A stretch of DNA of 28,919 nt from NCBI GenBank assembly GCA_902776945.1, contig CACYSH010000043.1, positions 1 through 28,919 of the forward strand, given 5' to 3'. Positions 1 to 8,105 of the stretch are shown here, one piece after another. A model generated the notes under the pieces. The model saw only the letters and a list, made by a program, of their open reading frames with translations. It ran no database searches and was not told where the DNA came from. This DNA is from an uncultured Ruminococcus sp. Lineage in GTDB: Bacteria; Bacillota; Clostridia; Oscillospirales; Ruminococcaceae. How positions within the stretch are numbered: the first letter of the stretch is position 1; the number at the start of each line of letters is the position of its first letter. The position numbers and the translations under genes are program-made.

Positions 1-710
1 GCTATTTCCCCGAAGCGGTGCGCGAATACCTGATGACCATCCTGAATTCCGACTACGAAGAATGGCGCATGGCCAACCCGGACGCGGCGCTGGAAGATTT
101 CCCGTTCGAGGCCTCCAAGATGAGCAGCTCCGGCACGCTGTTCGACTTAAGCAAGCTGAACGATATCTCCAAGGACGTTCTGGCAAAGAAGTCCGCGCAG
201 GAGATCTACGATTTCGAACTGGCCTGGGCGAAGGAATTCGCGCCGGAGAAGGCGCAGTTGCTCGCCCGTGACCCGGAAAAGACGAAGCGCATCTTCGACA
301 TCGACCGGGGCGGAGAGAAACCCAGAAAGGACCTGGTCTTCGCGCAGCAGATCTTCGGCTTCATCAGTTATTTCTTCGACGAGACGTTCGCTCCCGAGAC
401 GCAGATGCCTGCGGAATGCAGCGCGGACGACATCCGGGAGATCTTCAGAAGATATAAGGAAGGCTACTGCGAAGCGGACGACAACAGCGCGTGGTTCGAG
501 AAGATCCGCGGCATCACGGCGGATCTGGGCTATGCGGTCAAACCCAAGGATTACAAGAAGAATCCCGACCAGTACAAGGGCAGCATCGTACATATCACAA
601 ATATGCTTAGAATCGCCCTCACGGGACACGCCAATGCTCCCGATATATGGGAAGTAAGCCATGTTCTGGGCGAGGATATAGTAAGATCAAGACTTGGAAG
701 GTGGGTATAA
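1..710 (+). CDS. gltX: Glutamate--tRNA ligase, C-terminal part; the 5' end lies upstream of the window
   Basis: The frame is open from base 3 (YFPEAVREYLMTILNS...) to TAA at 708-710. The tail LRIALTG..APDIWEV..LG....SRL is the typical C-terminal block of bacterial GluRS. There is no stop between the window edge and the first Met at 18. Confidence 0.75.
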   Translation, partial: YFPEAVREYLMTILNSDYEEWRMANPDAALEDFPFEASKMSSSGTLFDLSKLNDISKDVLAKKSAQEIYDFELAWAKEFAPEKAQLLARDPEKTKRIFDIDRGGEKPRKDLVFAQQIFGFISYFFDETFAPETQMPAECSADDIREIFRRYKEGYCEADDNSAWFEKIRGITADLGYAVKPKDYKKNPDQYKGSIVHITNMLRIALTGHANAPDIWEVSHVLGEDIVRSRLGRWV

Positions 711-713
711 CAA

Positions 714-1388
714 ATGAATGAGATCATTTCCGAATTGCTTAAAAAGCTCGATGTGGGGCAGATAAACGAGCTTCTCGGAAAGCTGACGGGCAAGGACGGC
801 ATTCTGAACGCAGACGTTGTGAAAAAGCTGGCGGCAAAGCTGGGCGCAGACCCGCAGAAGCTGCTTTCTCTGCTGCCGGCTATCCTTAAAAAGACGGGCT
901 GCGACAAGAGCGGCGGCGAAGCGCAGACTTTAAACGCCGAAAAATTGCTCTCGGCTATCGACATGAACGAGCTTATAAAGCTGATACCCGCCGCAGGAGC
1001 GATCAAGGCGGTTCACAGCGCGTCGAAGTTCGCTTCAAAAAAGATAGAAGAGGAAATGGGCAAGATCAAGGAAGTAGAGTCCACTTTGTGGAAGGGTTCC
1101 GCGACTACCGAGATACAGAAAGCCGCCGAGCTTTCCGCCGAATACGCGAAAACGGAAGTAGGGGAGACTGTCACCGAAGAAGATGTTACGCTGCTCAAAG
1201 CCTATCGCGACCTTGCGCAGAAGGCGCTTGACAACGCGAAGGACAGGAAAGAACGTCTGCTGAAAGCGGGTACCGATAAGTATTCCGACCCTGTGGCTGA
1301 AATGAATACGGCGATAGTCAAATGCTCGGGAGCGTTAAGAACGCTTAACGAGAAGGTTGAAGCGGCGGAGAAGAAAATAAAGAGATAA
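714..1388 (+). CDS. Hypothetical Lys/Ala/Glu-rich helical protein (224 aa), function unknown
   Basis: A long ORF starts 4 nt after the gltX stop, preceded by GGAAGGTGGG. The composition suggests coiled-coil or helical structure. I recognise no catalytic motif. Confidence 0.55.
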   Translation: MNEIISELLKKLDVGQINELLGKLTGKDGILNADVVKKLAAKLGADPQKLLSLLPAILKKTGCDKSGGEAQTLNAEKLLSAIDMNELIKLIPAAGAIKAVHSASKFASKKIEEEMGKIKEVESTLWKGSATTEIQKAAELSAEYAKTEVGETVTEEDVTLLKAYRDLAQKALDNAKDRKERLLKAGTDKYSDPVAEMNTAIVKCSGALRTLNEKVEAAEKKIKR

Positions 1389-1494
1389 AAAATAAAAGCA
1401 AAAAACGCAAGAGGATAACTCTTCTTCAGAAGGGTTTCCCCAGAAAAGCTGACAGCGTTTGCAAATTTACGGTTAAAGAGAAGCCGTTAAGTCC

Positions 1495-1848
1495 AAAATA
1501 AAATCGGCAATTCATAAAAAGCAGGGAAAAATCAGAAGGTTATAGCTCTGCATAACATGACAAAAACAAATAAATTGCCGATCTTATATTTGTATTTGCG
1601 AAAGAGCGAAGCGATTTTTGCAAATCAATTGCGCAAAAGTCCCACCGAAAAGAAAGTGCTGACCGCGCTTTGCCCTGCCGCGAGGATATTGCAGGGCGAA
1701 CGGATTGCTCGTTCGCTCCGCTTACGTCTCGCAAAGGAGGCAAGCCGCGCGAACGACTTTTCAAGGCGAGAGGATATTCTGTGCGCGGCTTGATTTTGAA
1801 TGGGACTCTGCCCCAAGCCCCGCAAGCGCGAGTCGGCGCTTGACCTGG
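1495..1848 (+). repeat. Copy A of a mosaic intergenic repeat family: AAAATCGGCAATT arm, spacer, AATTGCCGAT arm, then a GC-rich multi-hairpin tail
   Basis: AAAATAAAATCGGCAATT sits at 1495-1512 and AAATTGCCGAT at 1572-1582. It is followed by TTTGCGAAAGAGCGAAGCGATTTTTGCAAA, which recurs almost verbatim at 12589-12619. The tail has hairpins GCCCTGC..GCAGGGC and GCCGCGC..GCGCGGC. The short ORFs here overlap on both strands and lack RBSs. Confidence 0.6.
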
Positions 1849-1915
1849 CTTTATGTTTGAACCTAACGGCTTTTTTGCTTTTTACTTAAATTTTAACGGA
1901 AGAATGTGAATCAAT

Positions 1916-3967
1916 ATGGCTAAAAATAAGGACGGAAAGCCCTTCGAGATACCGCGCCCGGCGTTCCCGAAGCGTGCGGTAATTACAGGCGGTATGCCTT
2001 ACGGAAACAAGGAACTGCACTTCGGTCACGTTGGGGGCATGATGGTTTTCGCCGATACCTACGCGAGATTCCTTCGCGACAGGATAGGCGAGGAAAATGT
2101 TATATTCGTCAGCGGCACCGACTGCTACGGCTCGCCCATAGCAGAGGGCTGGCGCAAAAAATGCGAGAGCGGCGAGTTTGAAGGCACTCTCGAACAGTTC
2201 GTGAAGATGAACCACGACAAGCAGAAGGCGACCCTCGACGCTTATGGCATCAGCCCGAACCTCTTCGGCGCGTCGGGTCTCGGCAGGACTAAGGAAATAC
2301 ACGCCGACGTTACGGACAGGTTCATCAGGTCGCTGTATAAAAAGGGTCAGCTCGAACGCATCACGACAATGCAGTTTTTCGATGAAAAGGCGGGTGTGTT
2401 CTTAAACGGCAGACAGGTCATCGGCAAATGCCCCGTCGAAGGCTGCTCGGCAAAGGGCTACGCCGACGAATGCGATCTCGGACATCAGTATATGCCCGAA
2501 AATCTTATCGACCCTATAAGCACGCTCACGGGTGAAACGCCCTCGATGAAGCCCGTTACCAACTGGTATTTCAAGCTGCCCGAATACAACGACCTCATGA
2601 AGGGCTGGATAGGCGACCTGCAAAAGCGCAAGGATATTCGTCCCGTTGTGTGGAAAACGATTGATGAGTTCTTAAAGCCGCCCGCTATCTACATCATGCG
2701 GCAGTTTGAGGAAAAATATCTCGCGATAAAGGATAAGCTCCCCGCGCACGAGTATTTCGAGGAGCCGAAAAAGCCCTCGTTCACGATACAGTTCGAAAAG
2801 CTCGCCGACAGCGACGAAGCGCACCGTATTTTGACAGAGAACGGCATCCGCTGCCGCACGGGCAAAACGCTCGTTCCGTTCAGACTGACGGGCAACATCG
2901 ACTGGAGCGTACCCGCGCCGCAGCTTGAAGACGAGGAAAAGCTCACAGTATGGGTATGGCCCGAATCGCTCTGGGCACCGATCTCGTTCACTGAGGCTTA
3001 TCTTGAACAGCAGGGCAAGCCCGCCGATGAGTGGAAAAAGTTTTGGTGCAGCAAGGACGCGCAGGTTTATCAGTTCATCGGGCAGGACAATATCTATTTC
3101 TACGGCATCGCCGAGCCTGCCATGTGGATGGCGCAGCAGGCGGCGGAGGAAAAGACCTTCGACCCGCCCGAAGGCGAGCTGCAAATGCCGACGATCGTTG
3201 CGAATTTCCATATACTTTTCCTGAACAAGAAGGCTTCAAGCTCGGGCGACATCAAGCCGCCTATGGCTGACGAGCTGCTGCAATACTACACCCCCGAGCA
3301 GCTGCGTATGCACTGGCTGGAGTTTGGTCTCGGTCAGCAGAGCGTTTCGTTTTTCCCGAAGCCGTTCAACAAGCCGCTCCTTGAGGAGGAAGCTGAGAAA
3401 AAGGCTTTGGGCGAGCCGACCAACGACCCGAAATTCACCGACCCCGTAACAAAGAACGGTCTGCTGACGAACGTTTACAACCGCATTATCCGCACGGCGT
3501 TCTATACCACGCAGAAGCGCTTTGACGGCGTTCTGCCCGACGTTCAGCCGGAGGAAAAATTCTTAGCCGAAGGCAAAAAGGCGGTGCTTGATTACGAGCG
3601 GCAGATGTCGAGGTTCGCGTTCCACCAGTGTACATACGTTCTTGACAGCTATATCAGGAACGGCAGCAAATATATGGCAAAAGCGCTGGCGAAGCCCGAC
3701 GAGCTTTCCGACGAGGAGCTTTCACAGGCGCTTGCGAACGTATTCTATATAATAAGGATAGCCGGAGTTCTGCTGCACCCGATGGCACCGTTCGGCACCG
3801 AAAAGCTGCGCGAGTATCTGCAAGCCCCCGAGAAGCTCTGGTCGTGGGATACGATCTTTGAGCCGATTAATTACTTTGTCGGTGAGGGGCATAAGCTGAA
3901 ATTCCTGCCGCCGAGAACGGATTTCTTCACACGCCACGAAAGCGAATTTGCGACAGAAGAAAATTAA
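1916..3967 (+). CDS. metG: Methionyl-tRNA-synthetase-like class I ligase (683 aa), divergent
   Basis: PYGNKELHFGHVGG (HIGH motif), GTDCYGSPI and the MetRS-style knuckle CPVEGCSAKGYADECDLGH..P..LIDP are present. The block ..WVWPESLWAPISF.. is also present. KASSS occupies the KMSKS position. Confidence 0.7.
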   Translation: MAKNKDGKPFEIPRPAFPKRAVITGGMPYGNKELHFGHVGGMMVFADTYARFLRDRIGEENVIFVSGTDCYGSPIAEGWRKKCESGEFEGTLEQFVKMNHDKQKATLDAYGISPNLFGASGLGRTKEIHADVTDRFIRSLYKKGQLERITTMQFFDEKAGVFLNGRQVIGKCPVEGCSAKGYADECDLGHQYMPENLIDPISTLTGETPSMKPVTNWYFKLPEYNDLMKGWIGDLQKRKDIRPVVWKTIDEFLKPPAIYIMRQFEEKYLAIKDKLPAHEYFEEPKKPSFTIQFEKLADSDEAHRILTENGIRCRTGKTLVPFRLTGNIDWSVPAPQLEDEEKLTVWVWPESLWAPISFTEAYLEQQGKPADEWKKFWCSKDAQVYQFIGQDNIYFYGIAEPAMWMAQQAAEEKTFDPPEGELQMPTIVANFHILFLNKKASSSGDIKPPMADELLQYYTPEQLRMHWLEFGLGQQSVSFFPKPFNKPLLEEEAEKKALGEPTNDPKFTDPVTKNGLLTNVYNRIIRTAFYTTQKRFDGVLPDVQPEEKFLAEGKKAVLDYERQMSRFAFHQCTYVLDSYIRNGSKYMAKALAKPDELSDEELSQALANVFYIIRIAGVLLHPMAPFGTEKLREYLQAPEKLWSWDTIFEPINYFVGEGHKLKFLPPRTDFFTRHESEFATEEN

Positions 3968-4139
3968 ATCAGGAATATCATCAGAAAACGGAGTGATAAT
4001 AATGACGAAACATATTGTTATACATTATTATAAAACAACTGCGGAGTCATCGTTAGCGTACAATTTTTAGTACACCTCTTTCGGCTGCGCGAATAAACCG
4101 CTGTCCGATTTGTCAATTTGCGTTTTTTGAAGGATGATC

Positions 4140-4172
4140 GACCGTCGCAGCGCGTCTGCGGCGGTCTTTTTT
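4140..4172 (+). terminator. Rho-independent terminator
   Basis: GACCGTCGCAG (4140-4150) pairs with CTGCGGCGGTC (4156-4166) with one G-U pair. The loop is 5 nt and is followed by TTTTTT (4167-4172). Confidence 0.6.
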
Positions 4173-4186
4173 AGGAGATGAAAGCT

Positions 4187-4738
4187 ATGAATTATTATAT
4201 TTCTGATATTCATTTAGATCATAAGAATGTTCTTAAGTACGATAATCGCCCCTTTGCTGACTGCGACATTATGTTTAAGGCGCTTGTCCACAACTGGAAC
4301 AGCACCGTTAAGCCGGACGATGACGTATATATCTTAGGCGATCTGACCTGGAAGAACTCTTCCGGGCTTGATTTCCTGCAACAGATTGCCGGCAGAAAGT
4401 ACCTGATTCTCGGCAACCACGACAAGCCGACCGCAGACATGATGAAGTGCTTTGAATGGGTAAAGGATTACGCAGTTATTAGGGACGGGGAGACTGACGT
4501 TGTGCTTTTTCATTACCCTATCGCAAGTTGGTATAACCAATTTCACGGCTCGGTGCATTTGTACGGACACGTTCACGGCAACTTCGACCATACGGCGTAT
4601 CTGCGTTATCTTGATGTGTGCGATGAACTGGGTATCCCGCATGAGTGCTACAATGTCGGTTGTATGATGCCCTATATGGACTACACGCCGCGCACTCTTG
4701 CAGAAATAAGGCAGTTTTGCGGGCTTATGACGACTTGA
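4187..4738 (+). CDS. Calcineurin-like metallophosphoesterase
   Basis: Motifs are DIHLDH, GDLTW, LGNHD and HLYGHVHG. AGGAG at 4173-4177 abuts the ORF-track ATG at 4178 with zero spacing, so ATG 4187 (9-nt spacing) is the more likely start. Confidence 0.75.
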   Translation: MNYYISDIHLDHKNVLKYDNRPFADCDIMFKALVHNWNSTVKPDDDVYILGDLTWKNSSGLDFLQQIAGRKYLILGNHDKPTADMMKCFEWVKDYAVIRDGETDVVLFHYPIASWYNQFHGSVHLYGHVHGNFDHTAYLRYLDVCDELGIPHECYNVGCMMPYMDYTPRTLAEIRQFCGLMTT

Positions 4739-4771
4739 TAATTAAATAACAAACGAAATTAGCGGAGCTTG

Positions 4772-4797
4772 TGTAAACGTTTTCGCACATTTATAAT
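4772..4797 (+). promoter_or_regulatory. cre-like (CcpA-type) core TGTAAACGTTTTCG next to a TATAAT box
   Basis: TGTAAACGTTTTCG at 4772-4785 fits the core of the cre consensus TGNAANCGNWNNC. The flanking W positions do not fit. TATAAT lies at 4792-4797, with a weak -35 TTGTGT 17 nt upstream. Confidence 0.3.
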
Positions 4798-4855
4798 GAC
4801 AAATATTAAATTATTGCTAAAATCGAATTGTAAATATAAATATATACATATAAAT

Positions 4856-4930
4856 TTGATTTTGTCCACCGGAAAACGATTTTGTGGGTTCACAGGGTGC
4901 ATAAAATATGCTATAATGTCTACATAATAA
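4856..4930 (+). promoter_or_regulatory. Promoter/operator module, copy 1, upstream of the GH30 gene
   Basis: Extended -10 TGCTATAAT lies at 4909-4917 and -35 TTCACA at 4889-4894 with a 17-nt spacer. Upstream are direct repeats GATTTTGT at 4858 and 4878. The whole block is about 85% identical by eye to 7315-7390. Confidence 0.6.
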
Positions 4931-4984
4931 ATTATTCGTTCGTTTAATAATTTTATTGAGGATTATATTGAGGGAGGAATTTTT

Positions 4985-7147
4985 ATGCAAACAGTGAGAA
5001 CCTTTAAACGACTGTGCATGGCTGCTGTAAGCGGCGCTATGCTGCTGACGATGGTGCCTGAGGTACCTGCCGATGCAGCCGGTGTGTGCAGCATCAACAC
5101 CAACAAGACTTATCAGTACATCAGAGGCTTCGGCGGTATCGACCTTCCCGAATGGCAGGGCTACTCCCTTTCCGACGCGGAATTAGCCCGCGCATTCGGA
5201 AACGGCAGCGGTCAGTTGGGTCTTTCGGTGCTTCGCGTGTACATCAATCCCGACAGGAACCAGTGGAATAAGGGTCTTAAGACTGCGCAGTATGCAGCAA
5301 AGGCTGGCGCGACAATATTCGCTACCCCCTGGGAGCCGCCCGCAGCTCTTGCCGAATCCGGCGGAAACAACGGTAAGCTGCACCTTCCGTCGTACAACTA
5401 CGGCGCTTATGCTACTCACTTAAACGACTTCGGTAACTACATGAAGAACAACGGCGTTAATCTTTACTCGATCTCCGTTCAGAACGAGCCTGACTACGCC
5501 CATGACTGGACATACTGGACTCCCATGGAAACTACCAACTTCATTGCCAATTACGGCGACAAGATAACCAGCGCGAAGCTTATGTCGCCCGAGACCTTCC
5601 AGTACGGCGCATGGGGCAACGGCAGAGATTACTACAACAATATCCTGAACAATCAGAAGGCTAACGCTAATATCGACGTTTTCGGAACGCACTTCTACGG
5701 CACTCCGAGAAGCAAAATGGATTTCCCTGCTCTTGAAAACAGCGGCAGAGAGATCTGGATGACCGAAGTTTATGTTCCGAACTCGAACGCCAACTCGGCT
5801 AACAACTGGCCCGAAGCTCTCGATGTTGCCGAGAATATCCACAACGGTCTTGTAGTAGGCAACATGAGCGTTTATACCTGGTGGTACATCAAGAGAAGTT
5901 ACAGCCTTATCGAGCAGAACGGCAGCAACGGCGCTATCACCAAGCGCGGCTACATGATGGGTCAGTATTCCAAGTACGTTCGTCCCGGTGACTACCGCAT
6001 CGACTGCACCGAGTCTCCTGACAGCAATCTGCTTATCTCCGCTTACAAGCACAGCGATACTCAGATCGAGATCGTTGCTATCAATAAGGGTAATACCGAC
6101 GTTTCGCAGCAGTTCTCCGTTGACGGCAGAACTATCACAGACGTTGACAGATACCGCACTACTTCGAGCGAGAACCTCGCTTGTACCTCGAATATGGAAC
6201 ACGGCACTTCCTCATACTGGTCTTATCTCCCCGCAAAGAGCGTTTCGACCTTCGTTGTTAAGCTCAAGAGCGACGGCAGCACTCTCCCGACCAATCCCGG
6301 TTCTTCTTCCGGCAGCACCGAGGTTAATCCCGATTCCAACGGTTACTACTTCCATGACACCTTTGAAGACAGTGCTAACGGCTGGGAAGCAAGAGGCGGC
6401 AACACCGAACTGACCCTCAGCGGCAGACATCCCTACGCAGGCACAAACGCTCTGCTCGTTCAGAAGCGTGAAAGCGCCTGGCAGGGCGTACAGAAGACCC
6501 TTGATTCCTCTACCTACAAGCCCGGTCAGAAGTACAGCTTCAGCGTACTCGTAGATTACGAAGACGGCGAAGCCAGCCAGGACTTCCTGCTTTCGATGCA
6601 GTACAAGGATTCTTCCGGCACTACCAAGTATCTCCACATCGCGGAGGGAACTACTTATCCCAGACAGTATCTCCAGCTTAAGAACCCCAGCTTCCAGATC
6701 CCCAGCGACGCAAGCGACGTTATGATTTATGTTGAGACCAAGGACGTTACCGGCAATTTCTACATTGATGAAGCGATAGTTGCTAAGGATGGCGTAAATA
6801 TAAGCGGTCCCGCAGCACCTACTGCTCCCAGCACTTCTACCACAACAACATCGCCTACTACTACCACTCCTGTTTATCCCGAGAAGACTTCACTCACCTA
6901 TAACGTATCTTCCCGTCAGTTCAGAGTTTCGTGGACTTCCGTTCCGAACGCTCAGGCTTACGGCATCGGCTACTATTCCGGCGGCAAGTGGAAGGTATTT
7001 ACTGACAGCATCTCGTCTTCGGCGACCTCGTGGACTTCTCCCAAGATTCCCAGCGGCAAATACAAGGTCGTTATCTTAGCTAAGGTAAACGGTCAGTGGG
7101 AAACCAAGAGCATCAATTCAAGAGCGTTCACCGTTACCATTAGTTAA
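4985..7147 (+). CDS. Secreted GH30 (glucurono)xylanase-like enzyme with a CBM22/CBM_4_9-like module, a Thr/Pro/Ser linker and a C-terminal Ig/Fn3-like module
   Basis: The signal peptide is MQTVRTFKRLCMAAVSGAMLLTMVP. The GH30 blocks are YQYIRGFGG, LSVLRVYI, FATPWEPP, SVQNEPDY (acid/base Glu) and IWMTEVY (nucleophile Glu). A CBM-like module spans GYYFHDTFED...FYIDEAIV. The linker is PAAPTAPSTSTTTTSPTTTTP. RBS GGGAGGA precedes the ATG. Confidence 0.85.
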   Translation: MQTVRTFKRLCMAAVSGAMLLTMVPEVPADAAGVCSINTNKTYQYIRGFGGIDLPEWQGYSLSDAELARAFGNGSGQLGLSVLRVYINPDRNQWNKGLKTAQYAAKAGATIFATPWEPPAALAESGGNNGKLHLPSYNYGAYATHLNDFGNYMKNNGVNLYSISVQNEPDYAHDWTYWTPMETTNFIANYGDKITSAKLMSPETFQYGAWGNGRDYYNNILNNQKANANIDVFGTHFYGTPRSKMDFPALENSGREIWMTEVYVPNSNANSANNWPEALDVAENIHNGLVVGNMSVYTWWYIKRSYSLIEQNGSNGAITKRGYMMGQYSKYVRPGDYRIDCTESPDSNLLISAYKHSDTQIEIVAINKGNTDVSQQFSVDGRTITDVDRYRTTSSENLACTSNMEHGTSSYWSYLPAKSVSTFVVKLKSDGSTLPTNPGSSSGSTEVNPDSNGYYFHDTFEDSANGWEARGGNTELTLSGRHPYAGTNALLVQKRESAWQGVQKTLDSSTYKPGQKYSFSVLVDYEDGEASQDFLLSMQYKDSSGTTKYLHIAEGTTYPRQYLQLKNPSFQIPSDASDVMIYVETKDVTGNFYIDEAIVAKDGVNISGPAAPTAPSTSTTTTSPTTTTPVYPEKTSLTYNVSSRQFRVSWTSVPNAQAYGIGYYSGGKWKVFTDSISSSATSWTSPKIPSGKYKVVILAKVNGQWETKSINSRAFTVTIS

Positions 7148-7184
7148 TGCGATAACGTGAGTCAGATATAACTGATATTAATAG

Positions 7185-7222
7185 CGATCTCCCGTCATTG
7201 TTTAGACGGGAGATCGTTTTTT
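7185..7222 (+). terminator. Rho-independent terminator of the GH30 gene
   Basis: CGATCTCCCGTC (7185-7196) pairs perfectly with GACGGGAGATCG (7205-7216), followed by TTTTTT (7217-7222). Confidence 0.85.
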
Positions 7223-7314
7223 ATATTATAATGAAATAACAGTTAATAAATGGTCAATAACAATGCTGCACGGATAATCACATGAAAATTCAAGATGATG
7301 TCAGAGCTTTTTTC

Positions 7315-7390
7315 TTGATTTTGTCCACCCAAAAAACGATTTTGTGGGTTTTTACGGTGTATGAAATATGCTATAATATATACATAATAT
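7315..7390 (+). promoter_or_regulatory. Promoter/operator module, copy 2, upstream of the two-component operon
   Basis: TTGATTTTGTCCACCC..AAAACGATTTTGTGGGTT is followed by the extended -10 TGCTATAAT (7369-7377). GATTTTGT repeats lie at 7317 and 7338. It is near-identical to 4856-4930. Confidence 0.6.
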
Positions 7391-7451
7391 ATTGTATGTT
7401 TTAAAAATTTTGTTTAAGGAGGATATTTTGTTATTACAGCGAGGTAGCATT

Positions 7452-8105
7452 ATGAAGCATATTACGATCATCGAGGACGATATAGGTTTGAATAATGGCA
7501 TCGTCCTTGCGCTCAAACGCGAAGGCTTTACATTCTGTCAGCTTTACAGACTTGGCGATTTCCGACCGTCCGAGCCGACCGACCTCATTATCCTTGACAT
7601 AAATCTTCCCGACGGAAACGGCTTTGATTTTCTGAGAAAGCTCCGCCGCAGCTCGGACGTACCCGTAATCATTCTTACGGCGAACGATCTCGAAACCGAT
7701 GAAGTCATGGGGCTGGAGCTTGGCGCGGACGACTACATTACAAAGCCGTTCAGCCTTATGGTGCTGCGTGCAAGGATAGACAAGGTTCTGAAAAAATCGG
7801 TCGGCACCGCAAATAACATCTATACCGATGAGAAGTACTCTTTCGATTTTGACAAAATGGAGTTCTCCGTGAACGACTCGCCCGCCGAACTCAGCAAGAC
7901 CGAACAAAAGCTGTTAAAGCTCCTTATACAAAACAAGGGTCAGACGCTCGCAAGGGAATTTCTTGTTGACAGGATATGGACGGACGGCGCTGAGTATGTT
8001 GACGAAAACGCACTTTCCGTCACGGTGGGCAGGCTCCGCAAAAAGCTGAACGCCGCCGAACACATTCAGACCGTCTATGGAATCGGCTATGCGTGGAGGG
8101 CTTAA
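7452..8105 (+). CDS. OmpR/PhoB-family response regulator
   Basis: The receiver has ITIIEDD, DLIILDINLPDGNG, VIILTA and ADDYITKPF. The winged helix has LSKTEQKLLKLL...VTVGRLRKKL...TVYGIGY. An alternative start is the in-frame TTG at 7428, 5 nt after AAGGAGG (7416-7422). Confidence 0.85.
   Translation: MKHITIIEDDIGLNNGIVLALKREGFTFCQLYRLGDFRPSEPTDLIILDINLPDGNGFDFLRKLRRSSDVPVIILTANDLETDEVMGLELGADDYITKPFSLMVLRARIDKVLKKSVGTANNIYTDEKYSFDFDKMEFSVNDSPAELSKTEQKLLKLLIQNKGQTLAREFLVDRIWTDGAEYVDENALSVTVGRLRKKLNAAEHIQTVYGIGYAWRA

Noticed and set aside
1540-1825. Three overlapping 66-78 aa ORFs on both strands; a similar case lies at 12745-13031
   Set aside because: They lie within copies of the intergenic repeat family, overlap each other on both strands and have no RBS. 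The products are Arg/Ser-rich.
1389-1915. T-box or other aminoacyl-tRNA-synthetase leader upstream of the MetRS-like gene
   Set aside because: I could not find the conserved T-box sequence or a specifier-loop arrangement. The spacer is explained by repeat copy A.
4002-4070. 22-aa mini-ORF (MTKHIVIHYYKTTAESSLAYNF) after a GGAGTG motif
   Set aside because: It is too short and unsupported. It could be chance in AT-rich spacer sequence. I note it only as a possible leader peptide.
5420-6202. 260-aa ORF on the - strand; similar antisense ORFs lie at 2672-3211, 15245-16000, 16569-17633, 23752-24789 and 24814-25651
   Set aside because: Each lies inside and antisense to a gene with clear family motifs. 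None has a recognisable motif or ribosome-binding site.
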